A DNA stretch of 64,000 nt from Tubulanus polymorphus (lineage: Eukaryota; Animalia; Nemertea): the NCBI RefSeq assembly GCF_964204645.1, contig NC_134030.1, positions 16,244,110 to 16,308,109 of the forward strand, read 5' to 3'. The notes beneath the pieces are model-generated. The model was not told the origin of the DNA, searched no databases, and saw nothing but the letters and a program-made list of their open reading frames with translations. The position numbers were made by a program, and so were the translations under genes. Position 1 is the stretch's first letter; each line of letters starts with the position of its first letter. Positions 51,975 through 64,000 of this stretch are shown here, piece by piece.

Positions 51975-52032
51975 TTAAAATATTAATCTAATATCTTCTA
52001 AAATCAGTTTTAATAAAAAATTTGATATTAAA

Positions 52033-52386
52033 ATGGAGAGTAAACAAGTACACAGTGAGAACAACAAATCATTTCTAGATAGAATTAAAGATATCACTAA
52101 TGTAAAATCTGTAGATTATAAATTCAAAAAGTTAACAGAATTAACAATTCATAAGAAATATCTAATTACAAATATTGATATAGTTACTAACAAATATGGA
52201 GATAAATTAGTTATCCACTTAGAATATGAAGGATTAAAAGGAAATACATATAAATTCATAACATATTTACCAGATAGATTTCATAGATTATCAAGTGAAG
52301 ATTTAGAATAATTATGTTCAGGTGATTTCTATTTCATATATAAAGGTAAGAATGAAAAAGGGCACCATGAAATAGATTTTGAATAG
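52033..52386 (+). pseudogene. SSB-like small protein (one internal stop), paralogue of 4824-5177
   Basis: Near-identical translation to the copy A gene. Confidence 0.55.
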
Positions 52387-52426
52387 AATATGTAAAATCA
52401 ATTTTAATAAAAAATTTAGTATTAAA

Positions 52427-55400
52427 ATGGAAGCAAATAAGTACTACTGTTTAACATGTAAAATTGATATGGATAAATCTCAAAAAGCAAGACACAATAA
52501 AACTAAATCACACTTAGAGAATAAATTGAAATTAGAATATAAAGATGATATATTAGAAACTAAATTAGATGAAGTAAAGAATGAAAAAGAAATATATAAA
52601 TGTGACGCGTGTAATCAATCATTCAGTGATAAAAGATATTCTAAAGAACATTTTAAATCTAAAAGTCATATTAGAAATATCAATAATGATATTTTAGGTG
52701 AAGAATATTTTGATAATGATAATGATAAGAAACAGAAGACGATTAAAAGAATTTAAAAAGAAATAAAATAAACAATAAAAGGCCATACATGGAAGATGTT
52801 AGAAATTATATTAATTCACTGGATAATAAAAAAGAAATAGAGATAAATGAAGCAATTAAAAGTGATATTGGGCCAGCTGCTATAGAGTTTAAATTTCATA
52901 AAGGTAAAAAATTAGAAGAAATTAAAAAAACATTTAGAAAATATGAAAAATATTATAAGAATGATTACTGATGTTGAATACCCTAAAATTAGTATATCTT
53001 CTAAAGTTAAATTTATAAAATCTGAAGATAAACCAATATATAATATAAATTCCCACTCACAACATATTATTTCAAAACAACATATAGATGATAAATCAGA
53101 TAAATGTTATAATGTAATAAAAAGTAAAATAGAAGAGAAATATTTTGAACGGTCTGGTTTAATTGTTGATGAAATAATATTTATGACTTTACATGTTTAT
53201 AACACAAAATATAATAAGTTTACTAAATCAAAACCAATTGATGAAAATAATTTATCATATCATTATAAAGATGATAATATTAATGGATCAAGTTATATCA
53301 AATTACCATTTAAAACTAATGCTGTTATAAATGTACAAAATTCTGATGATAAATGCTTTCTATGGTCAATAATTAGTTGCTTACATCCTGCAACTGGTAA
53401 TATTTGTAGAGTATCAAATTATAAACCATTTGAAAATAATTATAAGATAGACAATTATCCTGTTAGAATTAAAAATATCCCAAAAATAGAAAGAGATAAT
53501 AATATAAAGATAAATGTGTTTGATTTAGTCAAATTGCCAAAAACAAAAGGTAATAATATCAAACATTATACAATCGAACCTCTAAACTTATCAAAAGATT
53601 ATGATTCAAATGATGTTATAGATATATTATATTATGAAAATCATTATATGTGGATAAAACGTATTGATTTATTTTTCAAATCAGAAAATGATTTTAATAA
53701 TAAAATATATCTATGTAGAAAATGTATAACTAAATTCAGAACCGAAAGTGCATTATTAAATCATAAACAATTATGTGAAAATCATGATTATTGTAAAATA
53801 GTTTTACCAAATGAAAGGGATAAAGTATTGGAATTCAAAAAATATGATTACAAGAATAAAGTACCATTTGTTATATATGGAGATTTTGAATCATTAAACA
53901 AAGAATTAACTGATCAAGATAGAAAAGGAATATATCATAAAAGAAAGGAATTAAATTCTAATGAAAATGATATAATTGATTATTCAGATCCTCTAATAAA
54001 AAATACTATTAAAAAGATTCATCAATCAGCTGCAGCTTTCGGGTTATGTATAAAATCTGATTATCCAGAACTAATTAAAAGTGAATATTATAATTATTGA
54101 AATGAAAATGTTATCAATCATTTTTGTGTCCTATTAATTGAGTATGAAATCAAATTTAGTAAACTATTAGATACAAATATAGAAATAATTATGACAGAAG
54201 ATAAAGAAGAATTTGAGTTTGCAGATAAATGTTATTATTGTGAAAAGATATTTAATTATAAAGATAAAAAAGTAAGAGACCATGATCATTTGAATGGAAA
54301 GTTTAGAGGCGCGGCGCATGAGAATTGTAACTTACAAGCTGAGAAAATCAATTTTGTTCCAGTAATATTTCATAATTTATCAGGATATGATGCTCATTTA
54401 TTCATCAAACAGCTATGTCATGAAATAGAAGAAATCAATAATGAAATAGAAAGATTAAATTCAAATAAATCAAAAGATAAAATACCAACTTATAAATTTA
54501 AAATGTTAGCTAAAACATCTGAGAATTATATATCATTCCAATTTGGGTGTCTAAGATTTATAGATTCATATAGATTTTTAAGCAGTTCATTAGATAATTT
54601 ATCAAAATCATTAGTTGATGATGAATTAAAGACATTAAAACAACACTACCCAAATAATGATGATTTTCAATTAATGAGATATAAAGGCGCAATACCATAT
54701 TCATTTTATAAATCGCATAATGATTTCAATATAACTGAATTATTAAAAGAACAATTCTCTGATGAATTAAAAAATGAATATGTTAACGAATATACATGTG
54801 TATATGATAGTATATAATCGAACATTGAATATTTGGAATCATTTTAAAATAACAAATCATGGACAATTAGTAGATTTATATCTAAAATCAGATGTATTAT
54901 TATTAACTGATATATTTGAAAGGTTTAGAGATGTAAACCTAAAATATTTTAATATTGATCCTTGCCATTGTTATTCATCACCAGGATTAACTTGCGACTG
55001 TGGTTTAAAATTTACAGATATAAAAATGGATTTGTTAACAAATATAGATCAATTATTATTATTTGAAAAATCTATAAAAGGAGGAGTTTCAGGTGTATTA
55101 GGTGATAGATATTTCAATGTAAATGATAATCCTGGATATAAGTTATTATATATAGATGCAAATAATCTTTATGGATGGGCAATGATGGAACCACAACCTT
55201 ATGGAGTATTTGAAATAAGTGAAGTTCTACAACATGAAAATTGATGGGAAGAAAATAATTCTAGATATTGCAGATGATTCAGAGACTGGTTACTTCTTTG
55301 TTGTAGACTTGGAATATCCTGAAGATAAAAAATTTAAATCTAGAAATCTAGCATACTGTCCAGAACATAAAACTGTAAAGCATGAAGAATTATCAAATTA

Positions 55401-56462
55401 TCCAGAAAGAATTAAACCCGAAAATCATATTCATAAAGAAAAGTTAATGGTAACTATAATGATAAATATAATTATGTAGTACATTATAGAATGTTGAAGT
55501 TTTATTTGAATCAAGGATGATTCTAAAAAAGTACATAGATATATTTCATTCAGTCAATCTAAATGGTTAGAAAAATATATAGATTTTAACACCAAACAGA
55601 GAACTAAAGCTAAAATTGATTTTGAGAAAGATTTCTTCAAACTAATGAATAATGCATTCTATGGTAAGACTTGTGAAAATATTAGAAATAGAAATGATAT
55701 TGAGTTAGTTAGTAATGGTAAAAGAATTATACATTTACATACATATCCTAAGTTCATAGGTAACAGAATATTTGATGAAAATTTAGCTGCAGTTAAAATG
55801 AGGAGAACATCTATGAAATTTAATAAACCAATTTATGTTGGAGCTACAGTTTTAGAAATATCAAAGTTATTAATGTATGAATTCTATTATAACGTATTAC
55901 AACCTCATTTTTGGAGAAAAGCATATTTTGATACTGACAGTTACATATTAAAGATAAAAACTAATAACATAACTGATGATTTAAAAACATTAAAGCATCA
56001 TTTCGATTTTAGTAATTATCCTAAAGATCATGAATTGTTTAACGATGATAATAAAAAGGTGCCTGGTTAATTCAAAGATGAATTTGTGGTGAAGAAATGA
56101 TTGAATTCATTGGTATTAGATCTAAAATGTATAGTTATAAAACTAAAACTCATGAATCAAAGAAATTGAAAGGAATTACTAAAAGTGTAGTAGAAAAAAA
56201 TATTCATTTCAAAGATTACATCAATTGTATATTCAATGAAGAAGTTAGAAAACATAAGATGAGATGTTTAAGATCTGAGTACCACGAGATGTTTATTGAA
56301 GAGATAGAAAAGGTTAGTTTGAACCCATTTGATGATAAAAGATATATTTTAGATGACGGAATTCATACAGTCGCGTATGGTTGCAATTTAGATGAATACT
56401 TAAAATTCAAAAGAGAAGAAACAAAAGAGAATGACATTTTAAAAAGGATTCTAGCGTGTTAA
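52427..56462 (+). pseudogene. polB: Protein-primed DNA polymerase B, disrupted
   Basis: Two C2H2-like fingers, vOTU-like segment, YGDFE and HNLSGYD exonuclease motifs, RDHDHLNGKFRGAAHENCN, DANNLYGWAM, KLMNNAFYGKT, YFDTDS, FDDKRY. Confidence 0.95.
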
Positions 56463-56515
56463 TCAAATTTTAGTAAAAATATGAGTATATAATTTAGTAA
56501 AAATATGTATAATAA

Positions 56516-59500
56516 ATGGAGCCCGAACAATCACAAACTATCAATATTACAAATAACACTGGTGTTATAAATATTATACTACAAGAAATGTTCTAAATGT
56601 GAATTAGATAAATTAGCTATAACAGAATTTAGTAAGCGTAAGATTAGCAAAGATGGTTTTCAATATTGCTGCAAAACTTGTATTAAACTATATACTAAGC
56701 AATATCGAGCAGATAATAGAGAACATTATAATGATTATATGACAGAATATATGAGAGGAAGATATAAAACAGATCTTAATTTTAAAATGAAACAATGTTA
56801 AAGGTCTAGATTAACACAATTATTCAAAAAAGAAACGCATTCAGAAACACTATCTAATTTGTTGGGTTGTACAGAGGAATTTCTCAAATCATGGATAATA
56901 TATCAATTCGACGATAAAATGAATATAGATAATTATGGTGAATACTTTCATATTGATCATGTGTTGCCGATTTCTAAATTCAAAATTTTATTCATTCTTT
57001 ATTACATATATTAGCAGGGTGAACCTGTTAAAAGTTTTCACTTGTAGCAACAGGTACCCAAATACACACTTCACTCTCACCCACACATTCATACTTTCGC
57101 ATTCACACATGATTTTCTACAGCTACATGCATACAAAAATAGGTATATAATAGTAAGATGATATAGGTACAGTTACATTGTTTGATTAATTCATTGGGGT
57201 TTTTTTCTTAATAATGATTAATAATTACTAATTATGAATTTCTTATAAGCTGACTTAAAGATCTCTAGGGAAGGTGATGATTTGAAAATATTACTCATTT
57301 CATTCCAAAGTTTTGGGCCATTGTAACTAAGGAAATTTCGGCTAAAGTTATTTCGGCATAAGGGTAGTACAAAATAGTTTGTGTGGCGGGTTCTGCGATT
57401 TCTGTTTAACTCGAAGAAGCCATTGAATACATCTGGTAAAAGGTTTGATGCATACATGTACATAAATTGGGCAACTTGTAATTTGTTAACGTCATCTGCT
57501 TTTAGAATATTTGAATCTTTAAATAATGGGCTAGTATATGCTAAGTAGTGGGTTTTAATTATAGTTCTGATTACCTTTTGTTGAAGAAGAACAATCCTAT
57601 TTAAGTTAGTGTGGTGGTTTCCCCACACAATATTACAATAGTATATATGTGGATAAATCATAGTATAGTATAGTTCAATAAGAATCTTCGTGGGCAAGTA
57701 TGTTGCCAGTCTGCGGATGATACCAACATGTTTCGAGATTTTTTGAGAAGTTTGCTGGATATGTGGTTTCCAATTGAGATCCTCGTCAATATATACACCT
57801 TGAAATTTGGAGTAAGGCAGTTTTTTTAAGATGTTACCATTTAAAGAAACATGTAAGTCAGGTTTTTTTTCTAGCTCTGCTGAATATAAGATAATGTGTT
57901 TTTACTAGATTAAGTGATAATTTGTTTGCACAGAACCAGATGAATAGCTTTCCTAATTCTTGATTCACAATATTTTCAAGGATATCAGGGTTTCTACGAC
58001 TAGCAAAAATGTTGGTATCATTCGCAAACATGATAAATCTAAAAATTTCTGAAGCATTTGTACAATCATTTATATAAAGAATGAATAATAAGGGTCCTAG
58101 TATAGAGCCCTGTGGTATTCCACAGCTTATAGTTCTTGGGGTAGAAATACAATCTTTATATTTTACAGACTGCTGCCTATTAGTTAAGTAGTTTTGAAAC
58201 CATAATAGAGCACTTCCTCTAATGCCATAATGTTCTTGTTTGGATAACATAATTTTGTGGTCAATCGTATCAAACGCTTTAGATAAATCTAGAAATAACC
58301 AACTGTTGTTTCTCCTCTAACTAGCGTTTCGATAATCTTATTAGTTATAAAAGTTAATGCCATTGCCGTTGAATGGTTTCGGCGAAATCCAAATTGAGAA
58401 TCACTTAACACTTTGTGTCGATGTAGAAAACGATTGATACGGTTGTACATTATTTTTTCCAGGATTTTTGAAATACAGGGTAGTATAGATATGGGCCTAT
58501 AATTGTTGAATAGTTCTTTATCATCTTTTTTATGTATAGGGATGATAACAGACATTTTCATACTCTCCGGTATTTTTCCGGAGTTTAAGCTACAGTTAAA
58601 AATATGCATTAGAGGAGTTGATATAAGATCAATTACGTTTTTAACGATTTTCTGACTAATATCATCAATTCCGCAGCTATGTTTGGATTTGAAGTTCTTC
58701 ACAATCATTTCGATTTCTTTCGTAGTTACTGGAACTAAAAATGCACTCTCGAAAATTCTGTTGGTTAAAAAAGAATCAAATTTTGTTTCCGTGAAAGGTA
58801 TTTCATTGGCCAAGCATGGACCAACATTTATAAAAAAATTATTAAATCGTTCAGCGATTTCTTGATTATTTGTTAAGAACCCGTCTACATCTTTGAATTT
58901 CTCAGGATATTCATTTTTGGTATTTTGTTTATTCACACAAGAGTTAAAAGTTTTCCAAGTTTGCTTATGATCATTTGCCGATTCCTCGAACTTTCGAATA
59001 TAGTATATTTTTTTTGCTTCTTTCAGACAATTATTGAATTTATTACGGTAATTTTTGTAAAGATAACTAGATGCAGGGGTCTTATTATGGATATATTTCC
59101 TGTACAAATAGTTTTTTTGTTTTAAAGATGCTAGGAGACCTTTAGTCATCCATGGATTTTTCCTGTCTTTATACATATTGAATTTTCTATGCTTAATATT
59201 AAAACAGTCATCATATAGCCGTTTTCAATAAAATTGGTATATGCTAGGTCAGTGTCATTTTGGAGTAATATCCCATGCTAATTTTCTGTCATAAGCCGCC
59301 TTCTAAATAAGTTTGTATTTCTGTCACAATAATTCCTATAGCTGATAAATTTGGGTTTCACATGGGTGATTTTCATATCAATAGTAGTGAATATTGGCAT
59401 GTGATCAGAAATGTCCGACATCAATATGCCTGATTTGCTAGTACAATTAAAGTTTATAAAAATATTATCTAACAGAGTGGAAGACGTACTCGTAATACGA

Positions 59501-61913
59501 GTTGGTTTATCTATAAGGGGACACAATTTTCACTGGAGAGACAAGAAGTAAAATTATTAGCCGGTATATACTTGTCGTTCAAAATGTTTATATTAAAGTC
59601 TCCCATGAGAATCACTCTATCAAAGTTAGATAATTTATCTAAAATGGTAGAAAATTCCTCTACGAACTTATTGATATTCAGATTTGGCGGTCTGTAGAAT
59701 AAACCAATTAGGAAATTTCCTTTTGATCCTGGGCTATATATTTCAATCACGTGAAACTCCATGGACCCAGACTCAATGACTAAATCAGATCTAATTTGAT
59801 AATTAAAGTTGTTCTTCATATAGAAAACTAATCCACCTCCTCTACTATTTTTTCTGCTTTTGAAAAGTGACTTATAACCCTCAAGATAAAACATGCTATC
59901 ATTATCTTATTCTCCACTGGTCCAAGTTTCTGTTAATCCGATTAGGTCGAAACTTGAGTCACAGGCTTTTAATAATAATTGTAATTGGTCAAAATTTTTG
60001 TTAATGCTACTAATATTTGCATGGAATAATTTTAGTCCCTTTCGGGGAACAGTTGAGAAATTAGTAATAGAATAGTAGTTACAGTCGGACTGATTCATGA
60101 AACCAGTTGAAATTTTCTATTTGTAAAGTAACCTCCAGATCATTGTAGCTGTATATACCATTCACATAGCTTATCGAACAAATACATGTATACAGTTGAA
60201 TTGAGATTAAATACAGGATCATAAGATCCTATAATTGTGTTGGTAGCTTAATCTATCTATGCAAGTTGCTAGCTACAAATAAATGCTATTTTGATTAATT
60301 ATATACAAGACTTACTACGTAAATTCGATTTTATAAAAGGACAATTTGAAACGGTATGCAGAGTTGAAGTTTCTCTTTCTTCTGATTTCCCGGCCTAACC
60401 GCATAAACATTACCATTTACAGTCCATACATTAGAAAAAAGTTTACTTTTCACGGCGCAATTTACTAACTGGGAGATTTCGGGGGCTAGGTCTTCTTTTA
60501 TCGTTATTCCTGTGTCTTTGAAAAGTTTTTTGTTGAAGTAGACGTTGTTTCGGATTTCACGGTTGGTGAATCTTATAACCATGCTATCAGCTGATGTTGA
60601 TTTTTGCCTGCTAGGCGCACGATGTGCTATATCGATATCTGCGCATTTGATTTGTACGTCTAAGTTTTTCTCTCTGAATTTATTGTTGATCGTTGACATG
60701 GAGGTTTCCTTACAATTTTCGTTTTCTTTCTGTTCTACTCCAAATAGTCTCAAGTTGTTTCTTCTCGAGTATTGCTAGTTTTACGTTTAATATCCAAGAT
60801 TTCGCGTCTTATTTGTTTTTCGAATTCATCACTTTAGGTTTTCGCGTTTCTAAACGATTCAATTTCCTTCTTTAATATCTTGTTTTCATGTTCGAGATCG
60901 TATAGTCTGGTTTCAGTTTGATGAATCATATTTTCGATTTTTCGATCATGTGCTGCGATTTTCTTATCTATTTTGTCAATCATCTCGTTTTTAAATTCCT
61001 CCAAAGACTTAGTTGTAACCATTTCAGACTTAATGTTAGAGACGACTTGCAAAATCTTTTGTAGGCTTGCTTCATCGGAGATTTCCTCTTCGTCGTCGGT
61101 AGCTGTTGATGTTCGTGGTCGGAATTTTTTAACTCTCGGCTGTGTAGTTTTATTTTTTTCAATCAGTTGCGCAGTTTTTCTACTGTTATCGCTTTCGTTT
61201 CCGTCCATTTGGTTACCGGTAGTTCCATTTTCAGAGATAGTTTGTAAATCCGGTGATTTTTCAGCAAACTGTTTAATCGTAGTTTGGCTCATATTTACTG
61301 ATTAAAAACGGAAATTTGAATCGTTGTAAACCAATATATAATACCGAACATTGAACACAAACCAGTGAGTGGCTGACTTTAGATCATAGCTTATTTCAGT
61401 TGAATTTCAGTTGAATTCAAGATTTGTGATTAGTCTATTCATACACACGGTTCACTTCACAGAAACTGATGGCAGTTTTCTATTCATATTAAAATATCCA
61501 CACAAGTCATGAAGTACACCAAGCCTTGAAGCTATGACTATATATATGAGTATATATATGAGTTTATAACTCTATCATCGAATTTCATACATCTATATCC
61601 AGAACAATCTGACCAACAGTTAGCCAAAAATCACTCGGAAACATTAATCTCGCGACTGGTACAGAAATTAGTTAGGCACAAATTTAGTTGACAGCAAATT
61701 TTGCAGCTTTTGCAGAGATCTATGTAAGGCAACTTGCACCGTCGGCCATGTTAGTTCATGAACATGAATGATGAACACAATCAGAAATTAATCTGGAATT
61801 GGAGAAACTTAAGACCTCTTGAAAAGAAGGAAAATATAAGGAAAGGGGACAAACTTGATACGCAGTTATATTTAGATCAACTGGTTAAAGCAAAGACATT
61901 TGTTGAATTATGA
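56516..61913 (+). pseudogene. HNH endonuclease (large-DNA-virus type) split by a LINE
   Basis: CSKC...CKTC...LLGCTEEFLKSWI.YQF...NYGEYFHIDHVLPISKF (to 56981) joins in frame to NMNDEHNQKLIWNWRNLRPLEKKENIRKG (from 61761). Confidence 0.85.
56984..61760 (-). mobile_element. Near full-length CR1/L2-group LINE (ORF1 and APE-RT ORF2), disrupted
   Basis: ORF1 61292-60331 (coiled coil, DIDIAHR, VIRF, IKEDL); ORF2 about 60180-57218 with [37 protein letters not shown]; AATAAA at the 3' end. Confidence 0.93.
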
Positions 61914-63022
61914 AATTCAACACAGAATGAAAAATACGTTGAATCTTAAGCGTTTATAATAAGAACTCTACTCGAGTCGCTCGTGTATGTGTGTATATAG
62001 CTCTCTATTATAACTGCCTATTGCAATTATACTAGTAGCATCTGTGCCACATTTTATATTCAGTTGAATGAGGAGTACCTCATTTGAATATTGATCGAAC
62101 GTGCTCTTTCAGTTGAAAAGGATTGATCAATTTCATCACAAAAGAACATCTGTTGCAAAAGGTGGAATATAGACCGCATAGGACTTCTCACTAGAAACAC
62201 AATTAGGAGTTTATAGTTATAAATGTAAGTACTGTTTTTGTTGTTATTAAGACGCCGGGAAACGTTAAACATGTTTCAGTGTATTAATCTATATTTGAAA
62301 ACTACAACTTCAAGTTAGTTTTATTCTACGCTAGATATTTATCTTTTAGATAACAAAATGCTACGCGTAACAAGAAGACCATTGCTACTTGAACCAAGAA
62401 AGTGAAGATAGGAGGATGTGGAATCAGAAATTATGGATATTTCAACTCATGAGACTGTAGCAGTTTAGCCATACTGTATAGACTTTCAATGCATTACGTT
62501 TGCCGGAATTTCAATTGCGTCATTCAGCTGTTGTTAATGTTGCAGTGACAGATGTTGTATTATACTTTATTGATTTCTGCATTCCGCGCATACCTTACCG
62601 CTCGGCTCCCGAGCGGCTTGGAATGTGGAAATCGATACTGACTGTATAAAATATATGTGTTTATATAATAGTAATTCCATCAGTCGTTTGTTTGAATTGA
62701 TTTTCAGTATGAGGATTTATTATCGAGGATCCGAAATGACTTATCTGGACAATTAATTGCTCCTATAGATAGACTATAGTAGTGAGATAATCTAAAGCCT
62801 AATTTAAATGAAATATATTAGAAATCACATACCTTCAACTAGCCATTATTTCTATTTTAATATTTTTCAAAATCTAATATTTCTTTTCAAAAAGAGAATA
62901 CTTTATATTTTGATAAGATTCGAATAGAATTTCTTTAACTTAACTAAGCTAGTATTTAAAATTCATTAACTTAACTAGCTAGTATTAAAATATATTTTTC
63001 TTGCTTTTTCTCTCTATTATAA

Positions 63023-63619
63023 ATGTCAAAGAAATCTAATAAGAATAGTATTGATATTGAAAAAACCTTAGATGATTTTGGCATTAGTGATAATAAAGAT
63101 ACAGTTGTTTCTAATTGTATTCAAAATGATAATATTGATTATGAATACTATTTGATGTGTAAGCATCATCTTGAATTACTAATTGCTGGCGGGAAATCTA
63201 AAGAATTCTTGGGAAAAATTGTAACTTATCAAGAACTAGATGCTATGAAGCCAGATAAAGTAATAAAACATTTCAAAATATATGAAGAAGCTAGATTGGC
63301 CCGAATAAATGATTCTATTTCTGATGGTATTATAAAATGTTATTCTAAATTATGTAACCGGATAATACCAATTGAAGATGAAAATAAATTATATAGTGAT
63401 TTGAAAAATGACTATTTAGTTATGACAGAATTACAGAAATGGGTTGGATACGCTTCATTTCAATTAGGTGGAATAATGACATTAATTTCTGCTGGAGCTA
63501 TAACATTTTCTAACATTAAACCTTTAGTATGTAAAGATAATAAATCAGAAGATGGTGCCGTATGGCACCCACACTGTGATATTGAATCAGAACAAAAATT
63601 AACTAAAATAAATGAGTGA
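63023..63619 (+). CDS. Uncharacterised 198-aa element protein with a C-terminal hydrophobic segment
   Basis: Open frame, ATAAATG start, decayed paralogue at about 47790-48180. Confidence 0.7.
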   Translation: MSKKSNKNSIDIEKTLDDFGISDNKDTVVSNCIQNDNIDYEYYLMCKHHLELLIAGGKSKEFLGKIVTYQELDAMKPDKVIKHFKIYEEARLARINDSISDGIIKCYSKLCNRIIPIEDENKLYSDLKNDYLVMTELQKWVGYASFQLGGIMTLISAGAITFSNIKPLVCKDNKSEDGAVWHPHCDIESEQKLTKINE

Positions 63620-63962
63620 TGATATTAAGAAAAAGGCTAGATCTGAGAAACAAATTAAATGGGCTAGGGAATTAGGTAAAAGATCTGCAGAATTAAAAAA
63701 AGCTAAGAAAAAGTAATTAACTGATATAAATGAATCACCTGATATTAATTCAAATAACAATCCATCTGATTCTTCTAATAGTGGAAGAAATAATTACTTA
63801 TATATTACAATTGGGTTAATCGCAGTTATTGTATACTCCGGTGTAATATATAAATCAAAATTTAATAACAATAATGATTCCGATGATAAACCTATTATAC
63901 CAGAAAATAAGTCAAATGATAAAATCATTGAAACTAAATCTGAATTATTATTAATGAATTAA
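63612..63962 (+). pseudogene. Basic N-terminus plus single transmembrane protein (one in-frame stop at 63714)
   Basis: MSDDIKKKARSEKQIKWARELGKRS...*...YLYITIGLIAVIVYSGVIY. Confidence 0.55.
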
Positions 63963-64000
63963 AATAAAATTAAATGAAAAAAAGAACAATATTTAAGAGA

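Larger units (their letters stand above)
51821..64000 (+). mobile_element. Polinton/adintovirus-like element, copy E (continuity across 61950-62800 uncertain; cut by the right edge)
   Basis: Hairpin, SSB-like gene, pPolB, HNH gene split by a LINE, then further AT-rich same-strand ORFs from 63023. Confidence 0.82.

Overview
AT-rich, repeat-dense eukaryotic DNA, probably from an invertebrate animal (inferred from the intron-exon structure and transposon content). The only clear host gene is an angiotensin-converting enzyme (peptidase M2) gene on the minus strand. I traced 11 coding exons by hand from 50337 down to 9710, with intact HEMGH and EAVGD zinc motifs; its 3' end lies left of the window. 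Its introns and upstream flank hold five or six copies or derivatives of a virus-like element with a protein-primed family B polymerase (Polinton/adintovirus-like). Two large copies lie at 1-9388 (minus) and 51821 to possibly 64000 (plus); smaller relics lie at 10202-11556, about 42265-44877 and about 47700-48888. Four of these end in the same 116-154 bp hairpin (GAGTAAT...ATTACTC), whose arms change together between copies. The one copy with both ends has a single extra arm at the opposite end and a candidate 4-bp target site duplication (TSD). The genes carry two recurring upstream motifs ending in AAATG, and gene cassettes swap position between copies. No integrase, packaging ATPase or major capsid gene is recognisable in the window. 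ACE intron 5 contains a 17.1-kb terminal-inverted-repeat (TIR) element with a 6-bp TSD (IS3EU-like ends). That element holds a BEL/Pao retrotransposon, which is split by a 7.7-kb TIR element, which in turn holds a LINE fragment. Also present are a near full-length CR1/L2-type LINE splitting an HNH gene, a Penelope fragment with a hammerhead-like motif, MITEs and satellites. All family assignments come from motif recognition; no database search was run.
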